Origin: an uncultured delta proteobacterium
Lineage (GTDB): Bacteria; Desulfobacterota; Binatia; UBA9968
Length of the DNA: 64,000 bases
Direction: 5' to 3'
NCBI GenBank assembly: GCA_963816145.1
Contig: CAWFJP010000011.1
Span: 448,001-512,000, forward strand
Shown here: positions 19,596-29,751 of the stretch, in pieces
How the letters are laid out: every line of letters starts with the position of its first letter
Position numbering within the stretch: the first letter of the stretch is position 1
Position numbers and translations under genes: made by a program
Notes under the pieces: generated by a model
What the model was told of the DNA's origin: nothing
Seen by the model: the letters and a program-made list of their open reading frames with translations, nothing else
Database searches by the model: none

Positions 19596-20303
19596 TCATC
19601 CTAACCGCAACAGCCGGCCAAAGCCCGGGATAGAGTCGCGCATACCCATTCCATGCAGCGCCTCCCGGGTCCACGCCTGGGTGTTGGTGACCACCGGTTT
19701 GCCGCTCTCCTTCTCGATCCGCTCGATGACTGAAACCGTGCGCCACTTATTGCATGGCATGTAGACACCGTCGACATCGGGATGTTCGCGCAAGAGCGCC
19801 ATCGACAAATCGTAACCGGTCTCCGGCGCCAACTGCCAAATCACGTTGGCGTTGGGACAGCCCAAGCCGCGAAACGCGACGACCTCGATACCGTCGTGGG
19901 CGAGGAATTTGACCAGCCGCTCGTCTTGGTCCTCGGGAAACGGCGAAGCCATCACCACACGCTTGAGTCCCAGCGCGCGGCAACCGCGCGTCACTGCGGT
20001 CAAAACCGTCGAAGCCGGCGTCGGCGTGATCTGTTTGACCAGTCCAAGGATCTCGCGATCCGAACCCGGTCCTTTGTACGAAAGAAACAGCTCGCCAGTC
20101 ACCATCAAAAAATCCAACGGCTGCTTGACCAAGTCGTGCACGAGTCCTTGGAACATTAATTCTGCTCGGTGAAACTCGTCGTCGGTGTACTTGCCGACAT
20201 GTAACGTCCGTGCTTCGATGCGAATGTCCTTGGGAAAGATCTTGTAAACATCCGCCAAAGTCTCTTCACTCGAATTCGGTGAAATCAGTCCGATCAGTTT
20301 CAT
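19596..20303 (-). CDS. Maleate cis-trans isomerase / arylmalonate decarboxylase (Asp/Glu racemase) family protein
   Basis: IGLISP start, ALGLKRVVMASPF, PDVDGVYMPC, EKESGKPVVTNTQA and PGFGRLL. GGGAGG RBS before ATG 20303. Confidence 0.85.
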   Translation of the reverse strand: MKLIGLISPNSSEETLADVYKIFPKDIRIEARTLHVGKYTDDEFHRAELMFQGLVHDLVKQPLDFLMVTGELFLSYKGPGSDREILGLVKQITPTPASTVLTAVTRGCRALGLKRVVMASPFPEDQDERLVKFLAHDGIEVVAFRGLGCPNANVIWQLAPETGYDLSMALLREHPDVDGVYMPCNKWRTVSVIERIEKESGKPVVTNTQAWTREALHGMGMRDSIPGFGRLLRLG

Positions 20304-20362
20304 TATTGGCCTCCCGGGTTTGCCTCGCCGTTCGGCGTGATGATTTTTGTTGCTTGCCATGC

Positions 20363-21259
20363 TCACACCAGATTCCGTGTCACATCGTCGAACAAATCGT
20401 CCAAGGGGATCTGCGTTGGAATCAATCCTTGCTGTGTCGAATAGCCAATGATCAGCTCCAGGCTGCGCCGAATGTTCGCCAAACCGAATTGTAGAGGATC
20501 GAGCGAAGTTCCTACCGGCGGCATCGCCAGCTTACTTTCGCGAACCAGCCGGAAGACTTCCTTCACCGCGGATGGATTTGCTTTCGCCAGTGACCCTTTG
20601 ACCACCAGCATGTGATTGATCGGCAACGCGCGGTGTTTTTTGCACCATGCTAGGGCGGCGTCATTGGGATTGGCGATCACTGGCTGCAACCGCAAATCTT
20701 TGAGATCGGCACCGCCGACCACACCGGCGTCGATCTCGCCGTCGATGAGCATTTGCACAATCGACTTGCCGGCGGGCGCGCGAACAGCGGTCGGCGGATC
20801 GGAATATTCAGCGACGTGGGGGTCTTCGAAAGTCACCCACTGAATACCGTCCAAATCCACGCCGTGATCATTCTGTAAAACACCGCGAACCCACGCAGCG
20901 GTGGTCACCGAGTAAGCGCGAATGCCAACGCGCTTGCCCTTGAGATCCGCAGGTGAAATCCGGCGGCGCTCGGCATTGTAAACCAGAAACGGATGCGGCA
21001 ACGCGCCGACCACCACCGCGGGCAACAACACCAGCGGTTTACCATGCACCTTCGCCTGCAAGAAAGTAACGATCGCCAACTCGGCAACGTCGTACTTTAA
21101 ATGGCGCACGACATCCTTGAACGCCGTATTTGGCACCTTCACATCGGCGAAATCGAATGCGACGCTGGCCGAGCGAATCTCGCCGCTCTTGAGCGCCTTG
21201 GTGTTAGGGTAATCGCCGAGCAAGGTGGGCAAACGTAAAACATTCTCTTCGTGAATCAT
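20363..21259 (-). CDS. 4,5-dihydroxyphthalate decarboxylase-like protein (periplasmic-binding-protein fold)
   Basis: LGDYPNTKALKSG, DVAELAIVTFLQA, DLKGKRVGIRAYSVTT and PINHMLVV. Start ATG 21259 follows an AAGGA RBS. Confidence 0.8.
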   Translation of the reverse strand: MIHEENVLRLPTLLGDYPNTKALKSGEIRSASVAFDFADVKVPNTAFKDVVRHLKYDVAELAIVTFLQAKVHGKPLVLLPAVVVGALPHPFLVYNAERRRISPADLKGKRVGIRAYSVTTAAWVRGVLQNDHGVDLDGIQWVTFEDPHVAEYSDPPTAVRAPAGKSIVQMLIDGEIDAGVVGGADLKDLRLQPVIANPNDAALAWCKKHRALPINHMLVVKGSLAKANPSAVKEVFRLVRESKLAMPPVGTSLDPLQFGLANIRRSLELIIGYSTQQGLIPTQIPLDDLFDDVTRNLV

Positions 21260-21270
21260 AAACTCTTCCT

Positions 21271-21310
21271 TTCCGAACTTTGCGCCTTGGCGCCTTTGCG
21301 GGAGAAATTT
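21271..21310. repeat. Single arm of the GCGCC-TTTGCGGGAGA repeat family
   Basis: TTTGCGCCTTGGCGCCTTTGCGGGAGA, near-identical to arms at 8287-8313 and 9359-9385. Confidence 0.8.
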
Positions 21311-21410
21311 CCACGCTGCTTTCGACAGTCGTAACACTGCGGCTTCACGCGGGCAATCGAATTGACAGTTCGGAAGCCAGCGTAATATACCGAGCATGGA
21401 GGAAGTCTCT

Positions 21411-22886
21411 ATGTCAGCCAACGATTCCAAATCCGCCAAAGTCCGAGCGCGGCTCAATCACCCGATCATCGACACCGACGGCCACACCGTCGAACTCACG
21501 CCTGTCTATTTCGATTACCTCAAGGAGATCGGCGGCGCCGGCATGATCGAGCGCTACAAAAAGGCCGTCGGCAGCCGGGCCAACAACCGCTGGATGGAAC
21601 TGACCGACGACGAGCGCCGCCACACCCGCGCGACCTGTCCGCCCTGGTGGGCGCGACCGGCGAAAAATACCTTCGACCGCGCCACTGCATCGCTGCCGCG
21701 CTTGCTGTACCAGCGCATGGATGAGCTGGGCATGGACTTCACCGTTCTCTATCCGACCTTCGGTCTCACCGAACCGCCGCGCATCGAAGAGGAAGAAGTG
21801 CGCCGGGTGGCGTGCCGCGCCTTGAATGCTTTCCACTCGGACATCTATCGCGACTACGCTGATCGCATGACACCGGTGGCGGTGATCCCGGTGCACACGC
21901 CGCAAGAAGGCATCGAAGAGTTAACCTACGCGGTCCAACACCAGGGTTTCAAAGCCACGGTGATCTCTCATGTGCAACGGCCGGTGCCGAAAATGTTGCA
22001 GGAGTACCCAGAGCTGGCCGCCAACATGCCCTATCTCGATCTGCTCGCTCTCGACAGCGAATATGACTATGATCCGTTCTGGGCCAAATGCGTCGAACTC
22101 AAAGTTGCCGTCACCACCCACGCCACCGGCCAAGGCTGGGGTAGCCGCCGCTCGGTGTCGAATTATATGTTCAATCACATCGGCCACTTCGGCGCCGCCG
22201 GCGAAGCGATGTGCAAAGCGCTGTTTTTCGGCGGCGTGACGCGGCGCTTTCCCAATTTGAATTTCGCTTTTCTCGAGGGCGGAGTGCACTGGGCCTGCGG
22301 CGTCTACTCCGACATCGTCGGCCACTGGAAAAAGCGCAACGCCAAAGCGATCCACGATCTCGATCCCGCCAATATGGATCGCGACCTCATGCGCCGGCTG
22401 ATCCAGGAGCATGGAAATGCCAAAATGACCGCCAAGGTCGACGACATCATGCAATGGCTGAACCAGCCGCAGCGCCATCCGAAGAATCTTGACGACTGGT
22501 CGGCATGCCGGGCAGAGAAGCTGGAAGATCTGCGCGATCTATTCGTGCCGAATTTTTACTTTGGCTGCGAAGCCGACGACCCGATGGTGACTTGGGCTTT
22601 TAACGCGAAAACCAATCCCATGGGCGCCAAATTGAAAGCGATGATGAGTTCCGACATCGGCCATTGGGATGTCACCGATATGAACGAAGTCGTCGAGGAA
22701 GCCCACGAACTGGTTGACGATGGCTTGATCACCGAGGACGATTTCCGCGACTATACGTTTACCAACGCGGCCTCACTGTACGCCGGGATGAATCCCGATT
22801 TCTTCAAAGCCACCATATGTGAAACCGCTGTGGCGCGGATGTTAAAAAGCCAGGCTTCGAAGTTGCCGCAAGGGGCTCCAGCATGA
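21411..22886 (+). CDS. Amidohydrolase_2 family metal-dependent hydrolase/decarboxylase
   Basis: IIDTDGH, MDELGMDFTVLYPT, YDPFWAKC, GVTRRFPNLNFAFLEGG and SSDIGHWD; GGAGG RBS. Confidence 0.88.
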   Translation: MSANDSKSAKVRARLNHPIIDTDGHTVELTPVYFDYLKEIGGAGMIERYKKAVGSRANNRWMELTDDERRHTRATCPPWWARPAKNTFDRATASLPRLLYQRMDELGMDFTVLYPTFGLTEPPRIEEEEVRRVACRALNAFHSDIYRDYADRMTPVAVIPVHTPQEGIEELTYAVQHQGFKATVISHVQRPVPKMLQEYPELAANMPYLDLLALDSEYDYDPFWAKCVELKVAVTTHATGQGWGSRRSVSNYMFNHIGHFGAAGEAMCKALFFGGVTRRFPNLNFAFLEGGVHWACGVYSDIVGHWKKRNAKAIHDLDPANMDRDLMRRLIQEHGNAKMTAKVDDIMQWLNQPQRHPKNLDDWSACRAEKLEDLRDLFVPNFYFGCEADDPMVTWAFNAKTNPMGAKLKAMMSSDIGHWDVTDMNEVVEEAHELVDDGLITEDDFRDYTFTNAASLYAGMNPDFFKATICETAVARMLKSQASKLPQGAPA

Positions 22887-23950
22887 AACGGTGCATCTGG
22901 CTATCCATCATTGCTTCATTGCTGCTTTTCGCGAGCGACCTGCGCGCGCAGAAAAGCCCGGAAGATCTGCTCGAAGAAATCAACCGGCTTCCTGCCAGCG
23001 ATCGGCAGCGCCGTTTAGAGGATGGCGCGAAAAAGGAACGCGAAGTGGTCTGGTACTCGACGATGAATCGCGAGGATTCGAACGAGCTGATTCGCGCCTT
23101 TGAGACCAACTATCCCTATGTCAAAGTGAACTTCGTCACCGCCGGTGGACCGAAAACGTTGAATCGCATCACTGCCGAGTACCGCGCCGGCGCTTATCTC
23201 TACGACGCCACCGGCTACCGCGCGACTTTTCTCACGCCCACTCGCAAAGCCGGCGTCATCATGCGCTACCGCACGCCGCTGCGGGAATTTCTCCGCCCTG
23301 GCTTTGTCGATCAAGAGGGATACTTCAACGCCACGTTCACGCGCGCTTTCATGTTCATCGTCAACAAGAATCTGGTCGCCGCCAAGGATTACCCGAAATC
23401 GTTTGCCAATCTGCTCGAGCCTAAATGGAAGGGCACGCTCGCCATGGACAACGAGTCCTACGATCTCCTCGCCGCGATGCTCGATCATTACGGCGACAGC
23501 GAAGGGCGGCGCATGGCCGAAGCGTTGGGTAAACAAGAGCCGAGTTTTCGCCGCGGCACGACATTGGTCGGTCAACTAGTCGCCGCCGGAGAATTTCCCG
23601 TCATGGTCGACGGCTCGAATCACTTGGCCTACGAGTTAAAAAGGAAAGGCGCGCCGATTGAATACCTGTTTCCCGAGCCGTTCATCCCGGTGATGATTCC
23701 CCAGGGTTTTTGGGTCGCCGCTCGCCCGCCCCACCCGCACACTGCGGCGCTTTTTGTCGACTTCATGCTGTCGAAGAAAGGGCAAGAGATCATGGCCAAC
23801 CAGGGCCGCTGGGTAAGCCGCAAAGACGTCAAGTATCAAGTCGATCCAGGACAGCGTAAACTCCAAGTCGTGTCCCAAGAGAAATGGGGCGAGCGAACCA
23901 CTGAACTGGTTCAGCTCTACAACCGGCTGATCATGCGCGAGGCAAAATAA
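22883..23950 (+). CDS. Extracellular solute-binding protein (AfuA-like)
   Basis: Signal peptide, [21 protein letters not shown] and [16 protein letters not shown]; ATGA overlap with the upstream gene. Confidence 0.85.
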   Translation: MKRCIWLSIIASLLLFASDLRAQKSPEDLLEEINRLPASDRQRRLEDGAKKEREVVWYSTMNREDSNELIRAFETNYPYVKVNFVTAGGPKTLNRITAEYRAGAYLYDATGYRATFLTPTRKAGVIMRYRTPLREFLRPGFVDQEGYFNATFTRAFMFIVNKNLVAAKDYPKSFANLLEPKWKGTLAMDNESYDLLAAMLDHYGDSEGRRMAEALGKQEPSFRRGTTLVGQLVAAGEFPVMVDGSNHLAYELKRKGAPIEYLFPEPFIPVMIPQGFWVAARPPHPHTAALFVDFMLSKKGQEIMANQGRWVSRKDVKYQVDPGQRKLQVVSQEKWGERTTELVQLYNRLIMREAK

Positions 23951-23952
23951 TT

Positions 23953-24747
23953 ATGACCATCCGCAAAGCCCTCACCATCGCGGGCTCGGACTCCGGCGCC
24001 GGCGCCGGCATCCAAGCCGATCTGAAAACTTTCGCCGCCCATGGCGTCTACGGCACCTCGGCGATCACCGCGATTACGGCACAGAACACCATCGGCGTCA
24101 GCGCAGTCATGGCGCTCAAACCCAAACTGGTCGGCGCGCAGATCGACGCGATTCTTGCCGACATCGGCGCCCATGCGGTGAAAACCGGCATGCTCGCCAA
24201 CGCCGCGATCATCGAACTGGTGGCGCGGAAAATCGCCGAGCATCGCTTGAAAAATATCGTCGTCGATCCGGTGATGATGGCGACATCGGGCGATTTGCTG
24301 ATTCAGAAAAGCGCCGTCACGCTGCTGCGCGGCAAACTAATGCCGTTAGCGACCGTCGTCACCCCTAACATTCCCGAGGCCGAAGTCCTCACTGGTATGA
24401 AGCTTCGAACCGCGGAGGAAATCAAGGAAGCGGCGCGGCGAATCGTTAAGATGGGGGCAAAAACTGTTCTCGTCAAAGGCGGTCACCTCAAAGGTCCGGC
24501 GACGGATCTTTTTTTCGACGGCAAGACATTTACCGCGCTCAAAGCCCCGCGAATTCGAACCAACAACACCCATGGCACCGGCTGCACGCTCTCCGCCGCC
24601 ATCGCGGCTAATCTCGCCAAAGGCCAGAAGGTCGCAACCGCTGTTGCAAACGCCAAACGCTATATCACCGGCGCGTTGCGCCACAGCTATCGCATCGGTT
24701 CAGGTCACAGCCCGGTGCATCATTTTTATAAAATTTGGAAAGCGTAA
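23953..24747 (+). CDS. thiD: Hydroxymethylpyrimidine/phosphomethylpyrimidine kinase
   Basis: [39 protein letters not shown] and THGTGCTLS. Confidence 0.97.
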   Translation: MTIRKALTIAGSDSGAGAGIQADLKTFAAHGVYGTSAITAITAQNTIGVSAVMALKPKLVGAQIDAILADIGAHAVKTGMLANAAIIELVARKIAEHRLKNIVVDPVMMATSGDLLIQKSAVTLLRGKLMPLATVVTPNIPEAEVLTGMKLRTAEEIKEAARRIVKMGAKTVLVKGGHLKGPATDLFFDGKTFTALKAPRIRTNNTHGTGCTLSAAIAANLAKGQKVATAVANAKRYITGALRHSYRIGSGHSPVHHFYKIWKA

Positions 24748-24768
24748 CAGGCGATTCTCAGCTTGCCA

Positions 24769-24793
24769 AAATTTGAAATCTGAAATTTGGAAT
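24769..24793. repeat. Short 7-bp-periodic intergenic repeat (AATTTGA AATCTGA AATTTGG)
   Basis: Heptamer periodicity is visible; a related tract lies at 61323-61345. Confidence 0.55.
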
Positions 24794-24810
24794 GAATCGC
24801 GCCAGCGAGG

Positions 24811-25566
24811 TCATTTGCCGCCAAGCTGCATGTCGGCGACGATGGCGCGGGCGGCGGCTACCGGATCTTTGGCTTCGATGATCGGCCGGCCGACGACGAT
24901 GTAGTCGACGCCGCCGCGCACGGCTTCTTGCGGCGTCATGACGCGCTGTTGGTCGTTGCGACTGCCATCTGACGGGCGAATCCCCGGCGTGACGATAACA
25001 AACCGCCTGCCGCAGGCCTCGCGGATGTCCGCCACTTCGTGCGGCGAGGCGACCACGCCGTCCATGCCGGCTTCTTTCGTAAGCAAAGCCAAACGCACCA
25101 CTTGATCGGCGACCTTGCGCTCGACGCCGACGCGCTCGAGATCGTCCTGGTTCAAGCTCGTCAGCACGGTGACCGCCAGCATGATCGGCTTGCGCAGATT
25201 TTGCTGGCGGCACACCCGCTTCACTTCCTTGACGGTCATGCGCATCATTTCAAGGCTGCCCGAAGCGTGCACGTTGAACATCTTGACACCGAGCCGGGTC
25301 GCTTCGATGGCCGCTTTCGCGACCGTATTGGGAATGTCGTGAAACTTGAGGTCGAGAAAAATTTCTCCGCCCAGTTCTTGAATCTGCCGCACCGCCTGCG
25401 GTCCGGCGTGGGTGAACAGCTGCTTGCCGATCTTGAACATACCGACTTCGCCGGCGAGCTGCCGCACTAAGTCGGTGGCTTGTTCGGAGCTGTCGACGTC
25501 AAGGGCGACGATCAATCGCTCGCGCATGGAACCCTGCTTACGTACCAGCTCGAGCTTCGAGGTCAT
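24811..25566 (-). CDS. pyrF: Orotidine-5'-phosphate decarboxylase
   Basis: LIVALD, FLDLKFHDIPNTV, VTVLTS, VTPGIRP and VVGRPI. Confidence 0.97.
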   Translation of the reverse strand: MTSKLELVRKQGSMRERLIVALDVDSSEQATDLVRQLAGEVGMFKIGKQLFTHAGPQAVRQIQELGGEIFLDLKFHDIPNTVAKAAIEATRLGVKMFNVHASGSLEMMRMTVKEVKRVCRQQNLRKPIMLAVTVLTSLNQDDLERVGVERKVADQVVRLALLTKEAGMDGVVASPHEVADIREACGRRFVIVTPGIRPSDGSRNDQQRVMTPQEAVRGGVDYIVVGRPIIEAKDPVAAARAIVADMQLGGK

Positions 25567-25569
25567 CGT

Positions 25570-27297
<1,728 letters not shown>

Positions 27298-27342
27298 AGT
27301 AACTCGATGGCAAACTGGAATTGGCGAACGAGAACGAAAAGA

Positions 27343-28437
27343 TCAGTTGGCCGCCGCCGAGGCCTCAGCGGCTTTTTCCGCGGCGAATTTTTCGACTTCT
27401 TCCATCAGCGCGTCGACGATTTGCGCTTCGGGAACTTTGCGAATCACTTCACCGCGCTTGAAGATGAGACCGATGCCCTTGCCGCCGGCGACACCGAGAT
27501 CCGCCGCCCGCGCTTCGCCCGGACCGTTGACTTCGCAACCCATGACGGCAACGTGAATGTTATGATTGCTGTACGGCAGCATGCGCTCTTCCACGGCTTT
27601 CGCCAGCGACACCAGATCGACATCGGCGCGACCGCAGGAAGGACAGGCGACGAAGGTCATACCGTCCTTGCGCAGCTTGAGTGCTTTGAGAATTTCCAAT
27701 CCGACGCGCACTTCTTCGACCGGATCGGCGGCCAGCGACACGCGAATGGTATCGCCGATGCCTTCAGCCAAGAGCGTTCCTAAGCCCACGGCGGATTTGA
27801 TCGTGCCAATACCGGGAGTCCCCGCTTCGGTCACGCCGAGATGAAAAGCGTAGTTCACCTGATCGGCGAGCATGCGATAGGCCTCGATCATCATCAGCGG
27901 ATCGGAAGCCTTGAGCGAAATCTTGATCTCGGGATAACCGACATCTTCGAGGATATGAATATGGCGCAGCCCGCTCTCCACCATGCCCGCCGCCGTCGGG
28001 CCGTTGTACTTTTGCAATAAATCTTTTTCCAGCGAACCGGCGTTAACCCCGATGCGGATCGGAATCTTGCGCTCCGAGGCCGCCTTGACCACTTCTTCGA
28101 CGTACTTGCGCGCGCCGATATTGCCGGGATTGAGCCGCAGACCGTCGACGCCCTGCGCGATGGCGATGAGCGCAAGCTTGTAATTGAAATGGATGTCGGC
28201 GACTAAGGGTATGCGGATTTTTTTCTTGATCTCGCCCAGCTGCTCCGCCGCTTCGCGCACCGGCACGGCGCAGCGGACGATTTCGCAGCCGGCCGCTTCC
28301 AAAGACCATATCTGCTGCACGGTTGCGCGTACGTCACGGGTATCGGTTTTGGTCATCGACTGGACGGTGATCGGCGCGTCGCCTCCGACTTTCACCTTGC
28401 CCAGCTGAATTTGCCTAGTCTTGCGCCGTTCAATCAT
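27343..28437 (-). CDS. ispG: (E)-4-hydroxy-3-methylbut-2-enyl-diphosphate synthase
   Basis: VQSMT, PLVADIHF, RLNPGNIG, RIGVNAGSL, CPSCGR and MGCEVNGPGE. Confidence 0.98.
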   Translation of the reverse strand: MIERRKTRQIQLGKVKVGGDAPITVQSMTKTDTRDVRATVQQIWSLEAAGCEIVRCAVPVREAAEQLGEIKKKIRIPLVADIHFNYKLALIAIAQGVDGLRLNPGNIGARKYVEEVVKAASERKIPIRIGVNAGSLEKDLLQKYNGPTAAGMVESGLRHIHILEDVGYPEIKISLKASDPLMMIEAYRMLADQVNYAFHLGVTEAGTPGIGTIKSAVGLGTLLAEGIGDTIRVSLAADPVEEVRVGLEILKALKLRKDGMTFVACPSCGRADVDLVSLAKAVEERMLPYSNHNIHVAVMGCEVNGPGEARAADLGVAGGKGIGLIFKRGEVIRKVPEAQIVDALMEEVEKFAAEKAAEASAAAN

Positions 28438-28443
28438 GGCCCA

Positions 28444-28472
28444 ACTATAGAGAACCGAATCATTGGGGTCAA
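28444..28472 (-). promoter_or_regulatory. Sigma-70 promoter of ispG (leaderless arrangement)
   Basis: TTGACC-17-TATAGT, followed 6 nt later by the ATG, with no SD. Confidence 0.6.
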
Positions 28473-28571
28473 CTTAGACAATTTCCTGACCGAAAAGTCT
28501 CTTCTTATCCTTGCCGGATGGGCTGTAATCGTCGTCGGCTTTGCCCGCACAAAATTTCTCAGCCGGAGCGT

Positions 28572-28682
28572 TTCGGATTCGGATATGGCTCGCGCAAAGG
28601 ACGCCAAGATCGCAAAGTTGGGAATTTACTTTTCTGTTCCTTCGCGGCCTTAGCGTGCTGTGCGCGGGATATTCGGAATTCC
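28572..28682. repeat. Degenerate palindromic REP-like element
   Basis: TCGGATTCGGA..CTCGCGCAAAGGACGCCAAG..CGCAAAG left arm and CTTCGCGGCCTTAGCG..TGCGCGGGATATTC right arm; same family as 8181 and 9242. Confidence 0.7.
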
Positions 28683-28700
28683 GCTTGCGCCTGCGCTAGG

Positions 28701-29735
28701 TTATACATCACTGTCATCTTCCTCTGGCCGCGGCGGGTTAGGCCGTCCGCCTCGCTGCGTTCGTCCGCCGTCGCGATCTTGCGCTGCTGCATTGTTTTCT
28801 TCCCTAATTTTCCGATCGCCCTCGGGAATGATCAGCAGCCGCCGATAGGCGCCTTGCCCAAGACTGCGCGTGGTTAACCATGGGTCGTCTTGTAATGCCG
28901 CATGCACGATTTTCCGGTCCGCGGCGCTAAGCGCGTCGATGGTCACGGTTTTGCGCTGACGTTTGGCCTTTTCGCCCAAGCGCAGCGCCATGTCTTGCAG
29001 GGTCTGCCGCCGCCGTTCGTGATAATTCTCGATATCGATGACGATATGCGGCGCTTCGTTGCCAGGCCGTTCGCCGGCGATGCGGCTGACCAGGTATTGC
29101 AACGCTTCTAGTGTTTGGCCTTTGCGACCGATGATCAAGCCGCTGTTGTCGCTCTTGACCTCAAGAATCGTTTCATCGGCGTCGACGCCGGCTTTCTGTT
29201 CCACCGACGCGTTCATGCCCATCAGGTTGAGAATCTCCGCCAGCGCCACCTTGGCCTTCTCGACCATCGCCGCCACTTCAGCTGATGTCGGCGGGGGCGG
29301 CGCATCGACCGGCCGCGTTTCCGCCTGTGGCCGCGGCGCCACCGAGGGACGCGGTGCGGCATCCACATGGGGCTCGGGTCTAGGGCGATCGGAAGTGCGC
29401 GGCCTCGATTCCTGCGCTTTGGCTCTGGGCTCGGGTCTCGGCGGTTCCGGCCGGCGCGGTTCAGGTGCACGCCGCTCCGGCGGCCGCGGGCGCGGTTCCG
29501 CCGCTCTTGTCGGGGCTTGCACAGCCTGCGGTTTGGCCGGTGCGGCATCGGGTTCGATATTTAGTTTGCGTAACGAGGCGCGAATCTTTGCTTTCTGCGC
29601 GCCGAATCCAAGTATTCCTTTGCGCCCTTCGGAAATAATCTCGACCGTGATCTTTTCGCGCCCCACGCCGAGCGCTTTGAGCGCGTTTTCGATGGCGGTG
29701 TCAATGTTATCGCCTTCGGTTTCGACGAAATCCAT
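28701..29735 (-). CDS. jag: Jag/EloR (KhpB) RNA-binding protein
   Basis: Jag_N domain (GRKGILGFG), Pro/Arg-rich linker, KH motif IIGRKGQTLEALQYL and R3H motif RKIVH; position after yidC. Confidence 0.93.
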   Translation of the reverse strand: MDFVETEGDNIDTAIENALKALGVGREKITVEIISEGRKGILGFGAQKAKIRASLRKLNIEPDAAPAKPQAVQAPTRAAEPRPRPPERRAPEPRRPEPPRPEPRAKAQESRPRTSDRPRPEPHVDAAPRPSVAPRPQAETRPVDAPPPPTSAEVAAMVEKAKVALAEILNLMGMNASVEQKAGVDADETILEVKSDNSGLIIGRKGQTLEALQYLVSRIAGERPGNEAPHIVIDIENYHERRRQTLQDMALRLGEKAKRQRKTVTIDALSAADRKIVHAALQDDPWLTTRSLGQGAYRRLLIIPEGDRKIREENNAAAQDRDGGRTQRGGRPNPPRPEEDDSDV

Positions 29736-29751
29736 AGCTGACCTTCCTCGG

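Noticed and set aside
15134-19793. Diversity-generating retroelement (template/variable repeat pairs) as an explanation of the shadow repeats
   Set aside because: Mismatches are not adenine-specific and many are synonymous. No reverse transcriptase or Avd gene is in the window.
21260-21457. N-terminal extensions or small ORFs running through repeats (also 49075-49170, 9189-9413, 28518-28877)
   Set aside because: They are translations of REP-like elements or overlap real genes; downstream ATGs have proper RBSs.
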